A stretch of 57,102 nt of DNA, taken from IMG/VR virus record IMGVR_UViG_3300017430_000001, positions 1 to 57,102 of that record. One strand, written 5' to 3'. Shown piece by piece: positions 7,712 to 16,068 of the stretch. Numbering within the stretch: position 1 is the first letter of the stretch; every line of letters begins with the position of its first letter. Below the pieces are notes generated by a model, which saw only the letters and a program-made list of their open reading frames with translations, ran no database searches and had not been told where the DNA came from. The stretch comes from a virus. The translations under genes were made by a program, and so were the position numbers.

Positions 7712-7941
7712 ATCGCTTTCAGAATAGCCTTGCCGAGAGATTCGCCATCTCGAATGTATACAATGCGGTTGGGTGGCCCATCTACGGTGCTACCGATAAG
7801 AATATGAAGGTCACCAACCCCGTTAGTCCACACATCAAGGTATGTGTCACCGTTTACATCATCGGTTTCAGTGAATACCGTGTCTTCGGTCTTCGCCGTA
7901 GGCGAGTGAGGTTCGTTAGAACCGATCATCTTCCACTCCAT
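7702..7941 (-). CDS. Hypothetical protein
   Basis: ORF track. Confidence 0.5.
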   Translation of the reverse strand: MEWKMIGSNEPHSPTAKTEDTVFTETDDVNGDTYLDVWTNGVGDLHILIGSTVDGPPNRIVYIRDGESLGKAILKAMWL

Positions 7942-8077
7942 TCGTCCAGTGTCGGTTACGTGGCACCCAGTCTACAGGTGTATCGGGTAGATCGTCAAAT
8001 CGAATCACGTACGGCCACCCCTTGTACACCGTCAGCGTCAGAAACGCCCCGGCTAAGACCCCCAGCACGAACTTCAC
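7916..8077 (-). CDS. Small membrane protein (53 aa, KFVLGVLAGAFLTLTVY..)
   Basis: My translation; GTGA overlap with the upstream stop; one hydrophobic helix. Confidence 0.4.
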   Translation of the reverse strand: MKFVLGVLAGAFLTLTVYKGWPYVIRFDDLPDTPVDWVPRNRHWTNGVEDDRF

Positions 8078-8259
8078 GACGGCCTCCATCCCCTGTCAAG
8101 TAGGTAATCAATAAGCGGGGTGATGTTCTTCACAGGCGCGAGTTTCTTACCGCCTTCGTGCGTGCATTCATCCACCCACACTTCTTCCATACGAATTTCG
8201 ATCTTGGTCATTCCCAGTGCCACATCCCGAATGAGTTGCGCCCTAACTGAAAGGCTCAT
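8074..8259 (-). CDS. Hypothetical protein
   Basis: ORF track. Confidence 0.5.
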   Translation of the reverse strand: MSLSVRAQLIRDVALGMTKIEIRMEEVWVDECTHEGGKKLAPVKNITPLIDYLLDRGWRPS

Positions 8260-8459
8260 TTCTTACTGTCCAAAATAGCCAAGGCTTCACGCAAGCCCTC
8301 TAGGCGGCCTCTAACCCGGTTGACTTTGCACCCACGATCAAAAGTTTCTTGCGGGTAGGCTGCGGTAATGCCCTCCATAACCCGCATCCTCTCGATAGCT
8401 ACAATCAGTTCATTACGCGCATCTTCAATAGACGCAAGCAACTTCTCACGGGTGTTCAT
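8256..8459 (-). CDS. Hypothetical protein
   Basis: ORF track; 4-nt overlap. Confidence 0.5.
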   Translation of the reverse strand: MNTREKLLASIEDARNELIVAIERMRVMEGITAAYPQETFDRGCKVNRVRGRLEGLREALAILDSKK

Positions 8460-8637
8460 TGTATCCTCCGTCAGCGATAGCCTTAATCAACAGGGCCTTA
8501 CGAAATGCTCGGTCCTCATTGGTAGTGACCTTCGCGTTGTGCTCCCGCGCAAGGTAACGGGAGATCGGCGTATCCTGAAACCGCCCCCATGAAGTCTCGA
8601 CAATACGCCCGTCATCAGTAAACCATTCAGCGGTCAT
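8446..8637 (-). CDS. Hypothetical protein
   Basis: ORF track. Confidence 0.5.
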   Translation of the reverse strand: MTAEWFTDDGRIVETSWGRFQDTPISRYLAREHNAKVTTNEDRAFRKALLIKAIADGGYNEHP

Positions 8638-9044
8638 AGGTCGTTCTCCATAACACTAGATACTGTAACAATGAAGGATACTCGGAGGCCGTCTTTGGTC
8701 TTCCCAAAACACGCAACCTGCCCCGATCCCTGAAAATCAGTCTCATCTACGTCTACGGGACCGCCCCAGCCGCCCGTAAGGTCTAGACCTTGGGCAATTT
8801 CATCTACAGAAGGCAACGTGCGTTTAGATGCATCTGCTGCCTTCATAACCAACTTAATGTCCTTCGGGTCTAAAACGTCTTCTGTACCGTACTCGCTCCA
8901 ACCGCTAGCGTAATACTCGTCGTCTTCTTTCCAATTGGGGTTAGGGTTTACGTCGTCCAGGGTGAATGTACGTCCATCTTTCTTACGAGCAACAATGTCT
9001 CCTACTTCAAAGTTCTTCACTTCTTGTACCTCGCCTTCAGCCAA
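8634..9044 (-). CDS. Hypothetical acidic protein
   Basis: ORF track. Confidence 0.55.
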   Translation of the reverse strand: MAEGEVQEVKNFEVGDIVARKKDGRTFTLDDVNPNPNWKEDDEYYASGWSEYGTEDVLDPKDIKLVMKAADASKRTLPSVDEIAQGLDLTGGWGGPVDVDETDFQGSGQVACFGKTKDGLRVSFIVTVSSVMENDL

Positions 9045-9256
9045 TCAGTCATCTTGTTTAGTAGCCGGGTAGCCTCGTCAAGAAACACCCCTGCAATCTT
9101 TCGCCACGCAATACGCATGTTTGCCATATTCCTCGCGTCCTTCACTCGCTTTGGGTCAGAGTAGCGCCAATAGTGGAATTCAGCTGCCTTTTTACGGGCT
9201 TCAATAACTTCTTCACTTGTCTCGTCGTAACCCAAGTCTCGAAACAGATTGACCAT
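9017..9256 (-). CDS. Hypothetical protein (start MVNLFRDLGY)
   Basis: ORF track; the ATG at 9256 overlaps the upstream stop (TAATG). Confidence 0.5.
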   Translation of the reverse strand: MVNLFRDLGYDETSEEVIEARKKAAEFHYWRYSDPKRVKDARNMANMRIAWRKIAGVFLDEATRLLNKMTDWLKARYKK

Positions 9257-9498
9257 TATCCGTCCCACTCCCTTACTCGTCCAAAGCCTAGGTCCGCATC
9301 GGTTACCTGGCATACCCCGCACCGAATGGCTGGGTTAGGTCCATAGTACGACGGTTGGATTTCTCTGTCAACCGTGTAACGAAACTCCCGAACCTCGCGG
9401 CACTTAAAGCACCACCGCTCCCCATCCGTCTTATCCACGATCCGCTCCATAGCCCCAGGACGGCAGATAACCACGTTCCCGTACGCCTCACACGTCAC
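9256..9498 (-). CDS. Zn-ribbon-like hypothetical protein (CFKC..CGVC)
   Basis: ORF track. Confidence 0.5.
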   Translation of the reverse strand: MTCEAYGNVVICRPGAMERIVDKTDGERWCFKCREVREFRYTVDREIQPSYYGPNPAIRCGVCQVTDADLGFGRVREWDG

Positions 9499-9725
9499 GA
9501 CGGATACTCCCGAAGAATACGCAAAAGATGGTCAAGTGCCTTATGGGGCTTAGCCTCGTAGTATTCCGGCTCTTCAAACTGGCTGAGAATATCCCAACGA
9601 CCCGCGACGAATCCCGAATTCCACATTTCCGTCTCAGTGGGGTACTGACGCGCCACAGCATCGGAGCCGCCGCTAGTGCCCTCAGGCGGGTTGGACGAAC
9701 GCCGATAACTCTTAACCCCTCTCAT
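9495..9725 (-). CDS. Hypothetical protein
   Basis: ORF track. Confidence 0.5.
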   Translation of the reverse strand: MRGVKSYRRSSNPPEGTSGGSDAVARQYPTETEMWNSGFVAGRWDILSQFEEPEYYEAKPHKALDHLLRILREYPS

Positions 9726-9728
9726 TCC

Positions 9729-9992
9729 TTATCCCTTCATCGGCTGGTAGTGGTCGAGTAGAACAGCGGCAAGTTTGGGGTCGTCTTTCTTGTATACGTC
9801 CCACTGGTTGACGTTGACGGTCATGCTCTCGATACCGAAGGTACCCGCGTAAAGGTAGACCTTAAAGTAGGCGCTGTCGCCCAGGGAATACCGCTTATCC
9901 TCGGCTGCTGAGGCTCGAAGAGGCCCCAGAGGCGAACGAGGGTTAATCAACACCAACTCATCCCGCTCTTTCACGTCATAAAACATAGTCAC
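9729..9992 (-). CDS. Hypothetical protein
   Basis: ORF track. Confidence 0.5.
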   Translation of the reverse strand: MTMFYDVKERDELVLINPRSPLGPLRASAAEDKRYSLGDSAYFKVYLYAGTFGIESMTVNVNQWDVYKKDDPKLAAVLLDHYQPMKG

Positions 9993-10312
9993 TTGGCAAT
10001 CTCCTTAGACTGTTCCTTAACCGTTTCGAGCATCTGGGCTAGTTCCTGACGTGCGCAGTCGGAGTTGTATCGGGCGTCGTCGAACTTGCGCTGGGAATCT
10101 TCGAGTGCTTTCTTTGCCTTACCGATAGCCAGCCATGCTTCCTGAGCACGGTCTTCCGCAGCTTTTACTTCATCCTGCATTGCGATGATTTCAGCCGCCG
10201 TAATAATGTGGCCGTCATCGTACCATTCACCCACAGTTTCCTCCAATTGATCGTCAATTAAACGCATCTCGTTAAAGATTGCGCGTCGTTCTGCTTCGCT
10301 GGTCATGCCCAC
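9989..10312 (-). CDS. Hypothetical coiled-coil protein
   Basis: ORF track; heptad-like charged sequence. Confidence 0.5.
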   Translation of the reverse strand: MGMTSEAERRAIFNEMRLIDDQLEETVGEWYDDGHIITAAEIIAMQDEVKAAEDRAQEAWLAIGKAKKALEDSQRKFDDARYNSDCARQELAQMLETVKEQSKEIAK

Positions 10313-10323
10313 AGCCTAGCGCA

Positions 10324-11799
10324 TCAGGCAACGGTTCGCAAGCTGCGATTGACAACAAGTTTCTGCATCCAGAGGTCTTCCATCCGGCCTTCCTGAACCC
10401 CCTCGTCATCGAGCAGGACGTAGCGCTGGACCTGACGAGTATTGTCCATTCGTTCGAGACGGGCCTGGGTCTGAATCTGCATCGTCAGGCTAACCGGCTG
10501 CTCTGCCCAGATTTCGGTACTGCACACCTTGTTCAGCCCTGCCGTACCCGTACCGATGGCTGAGACGACACCTACGAGAACCTGGAAATCCGAACCGAAG
10601 CGGGAAAGATCGGCCTTACGAACCCCCGAATACTCTTCGGTCTTAAACCCGGCTGCATTCAAGCGATGCACCATGACCTCAGCAAAGCGCTGGGATTCCA
10701 GGAACACGGTCACCGGCTCGCCGGTCGGAAGGTTAGAGAGAATGTGGATGGTTTCGTCCACTACGGGAGAGGCGCAATCCCTATCGAATACCAACGTGGT
10801 GCGCTCAACCTCGCCGTCATCCGTCTTCCGCATAACGGTGGTCGCATCAGCCTCACCCAAAGTCAACTGTCGAATGCGCTGCTTTGCGGTCAACGGAATT
10901 TCGGCAACAAGGGGGTTAGCGTCAAGCCATGTAAACATGCTGTCCGACATTTCCCGAATGGCCTTACGCTGCTTTGCGGTCAGAGAAACGGTGCGCTCGA
11001 TAACCTGCGGCTCATCCACCGGGAGGAAGCCTCCGGGGTGGGCGTCACAACAGGTCTCGCGGCGGGTGTGGGTGATAACGCACGGCATCTCCGAGATAAG
11101 GCGTCCGGGGTTCTTTTCCGACTGGAACTGCTTCACCTTCTTCGGCTGGCCGGTGTGGTCGCGCTGGTTGGTGTACACCTCGACGTAATCCATGCGGTCG
11201 AACTGCCACTGGATGAAGTTGTAGTCGGCAATGTCCCCACGTCCGATACGATCCGGCCACAGGAACTTACACAGCGCCCACATGTTAGAGAAGTCGCCGC
11301 GCATGGGGGTGGCAGACAGGGCCAGGCGGTGACGGAACCGAACGTTCAGCGGCTCACCATCGGATGCCACGTACCCAGACACCTTACGCTGCATCTTGGA
11401 CTTCGGGGTAACCGCGCCCTGGTGAATCTCGTCAATGATAAGCATGTCTCCCGACCAATCGGATACGTCCGTGCGGGTAACCCACTGCGGGGATGCCAGG
11501 TAGATGCCCGGGTAGCCCAGACGAAACGCGCTGTATGCCTCTTTGGCCGCTTTGTTTCCGTTGCCGATGATACGAGGGGTGATACCCGCGTTATCGCGAA
11601 GAGTGGGAATCCAGGCCGTCTCATGCGTGGACTGAGGCGCAATGATGAGCGTCACCCGGGGCTTGGCTTCCATGATCGCAAGGGTTGCCGTCAGCGACTT
11701 CCCGCCGCCCGCTTCAATACGAACGAGGCCGGTGTAGTCGTGTGCCCGCAGCTTGGCAAGGTCGGCCAACTGGAAGGGATACGGCGTCAACTTGGTCAT
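10324..11799 (-). CDS. SNF2/DEAH-type superfamily 2 helicase
   Basis: EAGGGKSLTA (Walker A), MLIIDEIHQG (DExH), LALSATPMRG, and a C-terminal QTQARLERM motif VI-like segment. Confidence 0.8.
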   Translation of the reverse strand: MTKLTPYPFQLADLAKLRAHDYTGLVRIEAGGGKSLTATLAIMEAKPRVTLIIAPQSTHETAWIPTLRDNAGITPRIIGNGNKAAKEAYSAFRLGYPGIYLASPQWVTRTDVSDWSGDMLIIDEIHQGAVTPKSKMQRKVSGYVASDGEPLNVRFRHRLALSATPMRGDFSNMWALCKFLWPDRIGRGDIADYNFIQWQFDRMDYVEVYTNQRDHTGQPKKVKQFQSEKNPGRLISEMPCVITHTRRETCCDAHPGGFLPVDEPQVIERTVSLTAKQRKAIREMSDSMFTWLDANPLVAEIPLTAKQRIRQLTLGEADATTVMRKTDDGEVERTTLVFDRDCASPVVDETIHILSNLPTGEPVTVFLESQRFAEVMVHRLNAAGFKTEEYSGVRKADLSRFGSDFQVLVGVVSAIGTGTAGLNKVCSTEIWAEQPVSLTMQIQTQARLERMDNTRQVQRYVLLDDEGVQEGRMEDLWMQKLVVNRSLRTVA

Positions 11800-11805
11800 G
11801 CGTCG

Positions 11806-11834
11806 ATCCTACACGCTCGGTAGAAACACCGCAA
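11806..11834 (-). promoter_or_regulatory. Promoter TTGCGG-N17-TAGGAT with the helicase ATG 6 nt after the -10 (leaderless geometry)
   Basis: Read on the minus strand: ttgcgg tgtttctaccgagcgtg taggat cgacgc ATG. Confidence 0.45.
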
Positions 11835-11861
11835 CCCCGCTCCGAGAAAGGAAACGGGGTT
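11833..11861 (-). terminator. Hairpin AACCCCG-N15-CGGGGTT after gene 11877..12074
   Basis: 7-bp GC stem followed by GCGGTGTTTCT on the minus strand. Confidence 0.4.
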
Positions 11862-11876
11862 ACAGTTGGGTGCTCA

Positions 11877-12074
11877 TCATAGGCGCGCATCACGACGTTC
11901 GGCAAGTACATAAGCGTGTAATGACTTGGTTAGGCTGTTTCTAAAATCTCTGTCGTCTACCCCCGCCTCTTTCAACGCTTTGTCGATGCGCTGCCAGACG
12001 GTTAGGTTACGGTCAATGTTTGTTTTCGTTTTATTTTGAACAACAAATTCCACTTTTAAGTCTTTGTCCACCAC
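11877..12074 (-). CDS. Hypothetical protein
   Basis: ORF track. Confidence 0.5.
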   Translation of the reverse strand: MVDKDLKVEFVVQNKTKTNIDRNLTVWQRIDKALKEAGVDDRDFRNSLTKSLHAYVLAERRDARL

Positions 12075-12076
12075 AA

Positions 12077-12295
12077 CTAGTCACCCTCTCGAAAATCTGT
12101 GCCGCCGGTCAATAGACCCCCCATTGACCATTCAAACACGACAGTATCTCCTTGGATATGCCAGGTTAGTTCGTTATCGTCGGCGACCCCCGAAATAACT
12201 AGGGAATTTGCAACAAAAGCCAATTCTGCAACATCCCCGCCAACAACTCTAACTTGTTCTGTCTCAATCGTCTTTCTATAACGTTTAGCGCTCAT
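12077..12295 (-). CDS. Hypothetical protein
   Basis: ORF track. Confidence 0.5.
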   Translation of the reverse strand: MSAKRYRKTIETEQVRVVGGDVAELAFVANSLVISGVADDNELTWHIQGDTVVFEWSMGGLLTGGTDFREGD

Positions 12296-12417
12296 TAGTC
12301 CCAGTCTCCGTCGTTGGGGAAGGTGACGCCTGATAGCAGGGCGTACACGTCCGATTCATCAAGGCCGAAAGAATACGTCAGCCGCGCCGCCATATCCCGC
12401 AGTTCAATGTTCGGCAT
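12295..12417 (-). CDS. Small hypothetical protein (40 aa, MPNIELRD..); the alternative is the longer track ORF 12295..12501
   Basis: ORF track C-terminal part; TGATG junction with the small TM ORF upstream. Confidence 0.35.
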   Translation of the reverse strand: MPNIELRDMAARLTYSFGLDESDVYALLSGVTFPNDGDWD

Positions 12418-12506
12418 CAGTTGTCTCGATTCCAAATAACCATTCCAACGGCATAGCCAAGAATGAAAGTGCTTACACAAAGAAGAAGTACCTCGTACCA
12501 AGGCAT
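12417..12506 (-). CDS. Tiny membrane peptide (29 aa, MPWYEVLLLCVSTFILGYAVGMVIWNRDN)
   Basis: My translation; the ATG lies 2 nt after the upstream stop; one hydrophobic helix. Confidence 0.3.
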   Translation of the reverse strand: MPWYEVLLLCVSTFILGYAVGMVIWNRDN

Positions 12507-12508
12507 TC

Positions 12509-12793
12509 CTACACCCACTGTCCCATCTTGCGGTAGAGTTCTGCGAAGTCGGTGCCCATGAAGCCGTCCAGGTGCGATTCGATCACCGAGGGGTCAAGGG
12601 CGTTCACCTCAAACACCTCGCCAACGTAGTACGGGGTGTCCTCGCCGTCGTAAAAGGATACCTCCACGACCACACGTTCGCCGTCGCGGGTAGAATCCAC
12701 CGCGGCCCACGTCGTGCCGTGTGAGTAGGTGGCCCCTCGCTCTGCGGCGATCTGGCGGACGGTAGCAAAGTAGCTGTCAATCGTGCTGTTCAT
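12509..12793 (-). CDS. Hypothetical protein (start MNSTIDSYF)
   Basis: ORF track, internal ATG. Confidence 0.5.
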   Translation of the reverse strand: MNSTIDSYFATVRQIAAERGATYSHGTTWAAVDSTRDGERVVVEVSFYDGEDTPYYVGEVFEVNALDPSVIESHLDGFMGTDFAELYRKMGQWV

Positions 12794-12803
12794 AGTGAGT
12801 AGC

Positions 12804-13028
12804 CTACTCTCCGTTGATGACTTCCGCAAGATGCAGAATCGAAAGCCCTAGTGGGGTTGTCTTAAGGAACGTGCGAAGGTGTGGCTTTCCCTGTTCTTCC
12901 CAGTAGTCCTCATCCTCCTTGGCCTCAACCCACGCAAGTTTCAGCACACGGCGAATCTCTTCCGCGTAGGGAACATCGGCAGGTAACGCGTTGATTGCGT
13001 TCTTTACGGTATCCGTTGGGTTAGTCAT
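12804..13028 (-). CDS. Hypothetical protein (start MTNPTDTVK)
   Basis: ORF track, internal ATG with GGAAGA upstream. Confidence 0.5.
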   Translation of the reverse strand: MTNPTDTVKNAINALPADVPYAEEIRRVLKLAWVEAKEDEDYWEEQGKPHLRTFLKTTPLGLSILHLAEVINGE

Positions 13029-13121
13029 GGTTTCTTCCGTCGAGTCGGTCAAGGTAAGAGTAGCGCGGATCGGAGTCGGGTGCAACAACGTTACGACGCC
13101 ACCACACTTTGAGTGCTGCGA

Positions 13122-13343
13122 TCATTGGTGAAACCTCTCAATAGGTTCCGCGTGATTTGCCTCGTATCGCTCGACATCATCACCACAAATTTCACATTTC
13201 TCTGCACCGCACAAATTGCACTCAGCAACTCCGAATTCGTGAACGTGGTTGTAGCCACTCATAATGTGGACACCCCTTACTTCCCGTTCATCTTGTCGAT
13301 AGCCACGGATATAGCACACTTCCACGCCTGGAATGCTGTCCAC
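13122..13343 (-). CDS. Zn-ribbon hypothetical protein (CNLC..CEIC); only the C-terminal third of track ORF 13122..13679 looks coding
   Basis: GTG at 13343 just after the upstream stop; the N-terminal part of the long ORF is Arg/Ser/Pro-rich and overlaps better ORFs. Confidence 0.45.
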   Translation of the reverse strand: MDSIPGVEVCYIRGYRQDEREVRGVHIMSGYNHVHEFGVAECNLCGAEKCEICGDDVERYEANHAEPIERFHQ

Positions 13344-13344
13344 A

Positions 13345-13587
13345 TCATGGACGCTCGTTCCATGCGGCTTCGAGAGCTGCGCGGGCCACGTGGTAATAGC
13401 GAGTGCGGGTAGACGTGTGCGCATTGCCGAAAGTTTCCGACCAACCGTAGATCGCGGCGTCCTTCTCGTAGATGACGTGCCCTGCCGCTTCCACCTCGGC
13501 GTCGGTAACCGTTCCGTGCGGGCGGACCTCGATGCCGGGTGCGGCGAGCACGGCGTCTGCGTAGTACCCCGCTCCAATCTCCGACAT
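13345..13587 (-). CDS. Hypothetical protein carrying the EVRPHGTVTDAEVEAA module
   Basis: ORF track. Confidence 0.55.
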   Translation of the reverse strand: MSEIGAGYYADAVLAAPGIEVRPHGTVTDAEVEAAGHVIYEKDAAIYGWSETFGNAHTSTRTRYYHVARAALEAAWNERP

Positions 13588-13635
13588 TTCGAACTGACCC
13601 GAGCCGTCATTGAGTGCGGAGGCCTCTCGGATAGC

Positions 13636-13749
13636 TCACACCACCTGACTCCTGACGTCAAGACCGAGACCGCAGCCATTGCAGACAGCGCAGTCCATGT
13701 CCCAGCAGAGGGGGCACCCTTTAACCGTCTCGGGAGTTTTGTTGGTCAT
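13636..13749 (-). CDS. Tiny Cys-rich peptide (37 aa, ..GCPLCWDMDCAVCNGCG..)
   Basis: My translation; GGGGTAGAG upstream of the ATG. Confidence 0.3.
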   Translation of the reverse strand: MTNKTPETVKGCPLCWDMDCAVCNGCGLGLDVRSQVV

Positions 13750-13761
13750 TGTCTCTACCCC

Positions 13762-14031
13762 TTAGTAGGCGATGTGGTCGAAGGTGGACATGTCGATGTT
13801 GTGAGCGTCGCTAAGGTACAGCAGGGCCTCGGGGAGAACGATTTCCCAGGCGCTGTCGTTGTCGAGGTTGGGACGCCATGCAGTCTGGTCGTGAACGGTG
13901 TCCACGGCGGCTTCTACGGCCTCCACAACGTCGGAACGAGTGAGGGATAGGAAGTAGGGCAACTGCTCCCACAGCCACTCAGCGCGGTAGTGGGCAGCGG
14001 AAAGGTAAATCGGGGTCGGGTCAATGGTCAT
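13762..14031 (-). CDS. Hypothetical protein
   Basis: ORF track. Confidence 0.5.
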   Translation of the reverse strand: MTIDPTPIYLSAAHYRAEWLWEQLPYFLSLTRSDVVEAVEAAVDTVHDQTAWRPNLDNDSAWEIVLPEALLYLSDAHNIDMSTFDHIAY

Positions 14032-14040
14032 GATGTGCTC

Positions 14041-14403
14041 CTAGTCGTTGTTGCGGTAATCGGCAATGAGGTTCTGCACGCGGATACGGTACTCAAATGC
14101 CATCACCTCAGCGTGGTTGATAAAAGCGTAATCGTCCCGGAGCGAAACAGCGGCCTCACGGATGCTGTCAGCGTACTCCTTGCGAAGTTCGGTCAGAGAC
14201 TGGGTGTACTGGTCGTAAGTCATGATGTGATCCTGGGTGTACTCCGCCACAACTTCGGTCAACTCCGACTGGAATGCTGCCTTAAAAGCGGCTCGGGCCA
14301 TATCGCGGTAATCTTCAATACCGTAAGTCCCGTTCTCGAACTCGGGATCGTCTTTAGCAATTGCGTGCGCTGCGGCGTCGATCTGTGCTTCGGTGATGTT
14401 CAT
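14041..14403 (-). CDS. Hypothetical protein (start MNITEAQIDAAAHAI)
   Basis: ORF track; AGGAGG 4 nt upstream of the ATG at 14403. Confidence 0.6.
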   Translation of the reverse strand: MNITEAQIDAAAHAIAKDDPEFENGTYGIEDYRDMARAAFKAAFQSELTEVVAEYTQDHIMTYDQYTQSLTELRKEYADSIREAAVSLRDDYAFINHAEVMAFEYRIRVQNLIADYRNND

Positions 14404-14431
14404 GTTGCCTCCTAGGGTTCGGTGTAGTTTG

Positions 14432-14461
14432 AGTCTAAGGTACACGCTCACTCGGTGTCAA
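14432..14461 (-). promoter_or_regulatory. Sigma-70-like promoter TTGACA-N18-TAGACT
   Basis: Minus strand: cgcTTGACAccgagtgagcgtgtacctTAGACT, then AGGAGG and ATG. Confidence 0.55.
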
Positions 14462-14808
14462 GCGTTCTTCCGAAAAGCACTCGCTACGCGCTTCCAGCCG
14501 CTCCTAGCGACGTACAGGGTGGAGCCGTCAACGAGGGTGACCTTAAAGGCTTTTCCCGCTTTGAGCGCCGCGAGGTTATCCCGCACGAACTGGTTCTGGT
14601 GCTGATACAGCGGCATCTTCCAGTTCTCGGGAAACTGATCCATCGCAAACGGGTTGTACTTGCCGACGACAGTCTTTAGCTGGGCGTTGTACGTGCCCCG
14701 GTCCTGGCATTCTTCCGGCAGGGGGGGGATACCCTTCTCGGTCATCTCCGGGCGGTGCGAGTACCACATGAGGTCACGAAGAGGGGGATGGTCAAGGTAG
14801 CTGGTCAT
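14458..14808 (-). CDS. Hypothetical protein
   Basis: ORF track. Confidence 0.55.
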   Translation of the reverse strand: MTSYLDHPPLRDLMWYSHRPEMTEKGIPPLPEECQDRGTYNAQLKTVVGKYNPFAMDQFPENWKMPLYQHQNQFVRDNLAALKAGKAFKVTLVDGSTLYVARSGWKRVASAFRKNA

Positions 14809-15377
14809 TCGGAGTCCTTCTTGAATCGTTCGTTAATTACGGGCTGGGCCAGTTCCAGGAGGTTGGCCCGGTTGCTGAATACCTTCAGCGTAGCCGCTAG
14901 GTCGTGCTCTGTCCAGTCGGGGAGGGTCAGGTGCTCAGGATCGACAATGATGTTGATGGGGACTTCAAGGTTCTTCCCCTTCTTATCCTTCAGCCACACC
15001 AACACCGGACGAGGCTGACCCGCCCATTGCCCCTCTTCCCACCGGTAAGCCTTATTGCGTTCGGCCTTCTCATTGCCGATAACAACGCTGTCGGGGGTAA
15101 TCTCGGCTAGGTCGCGCCAATACGTCCACCGGCTCCACACGTTCGTACGCAGCACGTCCCGGCGGATGATGGATTGGGGAACTCCCGCTTCGTTCGCCTC
15201 TTTCAGCAGCTTGGCAAAGTGAAGTTCCGCTGCCCGGTCTGCTTCCTTGATCGCGTGGTCAATTCGGGCTTTGTACTGGGCCGTAATCTCGATGCGGTTG
15301 CGCGCTTTAATGGCCTGCATCTCCCCCCGGGCATTCTGCAAAGAGAACACCTCAGCGGAGTAGTCGTAGCGGGTCAT
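14805..15377 (-). CDS. Hypothetical protein
   Basis: ORF track. Confidence 0.6.
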   Translation of the reverse strand: MTRYDYSAEVFSLQNARGEMQAIKARNRIEITAQYKARIDHAIKEADRAAELHFAKLLKEANEAGVPQSIIRRDVLRTNVWSRWTYWRDLAEITPDSVVIGNEKAERNKAYRWEEGQWAGQPRPVLVWLKDKKGKNLEVPINIIVDPEHLTLPDWTEHDLAATLKVFSNRANLLELAQPVINERFKKDSE

Positions 15378-15532
15378 TTGTTTTCCTCCAGCGCCTCGAA
15401 CATTACGTCCAAAACGGCGTCGTAATGAGTCTTCCCTACAGTGTCAAACTCCTTACCGGAGCGGGTGACCACGGTAGGAATATCGTACAAACGGGCGATG
15501 AGTGTTTTGACTGTTCCTCGGTCTAGTTCCAA
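15374..15532 (-). CDS. Small protein (52 aa, TTG start), possible HTH/excisionase-like DNA binder
   Basis: My translation MELDRGTVKTLIARLYDIPTVVTRSGKEF..; AGGAGG 6 nt upstream; ATGA overlap with the next gene. Confidence 0.45.
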   Translation of the reverse strand: MELDRGTVKTLIARLYDIPTVVTRSGKEFDTVGKTHYDAVLDVMFEALEENK

Positions 15533-15654
15533 AAGTTGCCTCCTAAGCGTCGATTTGAGGTCGTTTCCGAACTCTAGATCAAGCCTAGCATGTGCTTAAC
15601 GAAATGATCGGAATCGGGCTGAAAAGTTGGTGTGAGTTGAGGTTTTTGGGGGTG

Positions 15655-15669
15655 GTGTGGTCTGACCAC
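15655..15669. promoter_or_regulatory. Perfect 15-bp palindrome TGTGGTCTGACCACA in a noncoding region (operator-like)
   Basis: Read directly; flanked by three (G/T)TTGAGGT repeats at 15553, 15635 and 15695. Confidence 0.4.
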
Positions 15670-15802
15670 AGGCTAAAAACCCCAGAAAATCAAGGGTTGA
15701 GGTCAAAAAGTGCCCTCTATAACGTGATAATCTCTTTAATTCATTCATATATATAACTTGAATTGATGATTACGTATATTTGTTTTTAGTAGAGAGAAGT
15801 TT

Positions 15803-16063
15803 TCAGACCGGGCGAACTGACCAGCATTCTTCTACCGGCTTGAAGCAGTCTTCACAGTAGTCACCTGTTCCGAATGAAAGAACGTAGAACCGGGCAGCGG
15901 CGAAGCAAATGAGGAAGCGTTCTGGGCCGCAAGCAAAGGTACTGATGTGGGTGACTATACCGGAGCACGTTTCGTTACCCTCGGCGGTGTGTAGGCACTC
16001 ACACTTACATTCGTCGTTAAGCAACTCTTCAAGAACGGTCAGTTCGATATCGGTAGCATTCAT
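15803..16063 (-). CDS. Cys-rich hypothetical protein (10 Cys in 86 aa)
   Basis: ORF track. Confidence 0.55.
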   Translation of the reverse strand: MNATDIELTVLEELLNDECKCECLHTAEGNETCSGIVTHISTFACGPERFLICFAAARFYVLSFGTGDYCEDCFKPVEECWSVRPV

Positions 16064-16068
16064 TGTAG

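Noticed and set aside
10666-11823. Long plus-strand ORF (385 aa) opposite the SNF2 helicase. Similar shadow ORFs occur at 10529..11188, 23523..24299, 38942..39700, 46254..46844, 29137..29763 and 30039..30545
   Set aside because: They lie antisense to or out of frame with genes that have clear motifs. Their Arg/Ser/Pro/Gly-rich composition is typical of non-coding frames in GC-rich DNA, and they lack start contexts.
13122-13679. 185-aa track ORF
   Set aside because: Only the last 73 codons or so look coding (Zn ribbon). The rest is Arg/Ser/Thr/Pro-rich and overlaps two better ORFs (13345..13587 and 13636..13749) in other frames.
15641-15685. GGTTTTTGGGG ... CTAAAAACCCC as a large hairpin
   Set aside because: The two arms are complementary but not reverse-complementary, so they cannot pair. 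Only the inner 15-bp palindrome is real.
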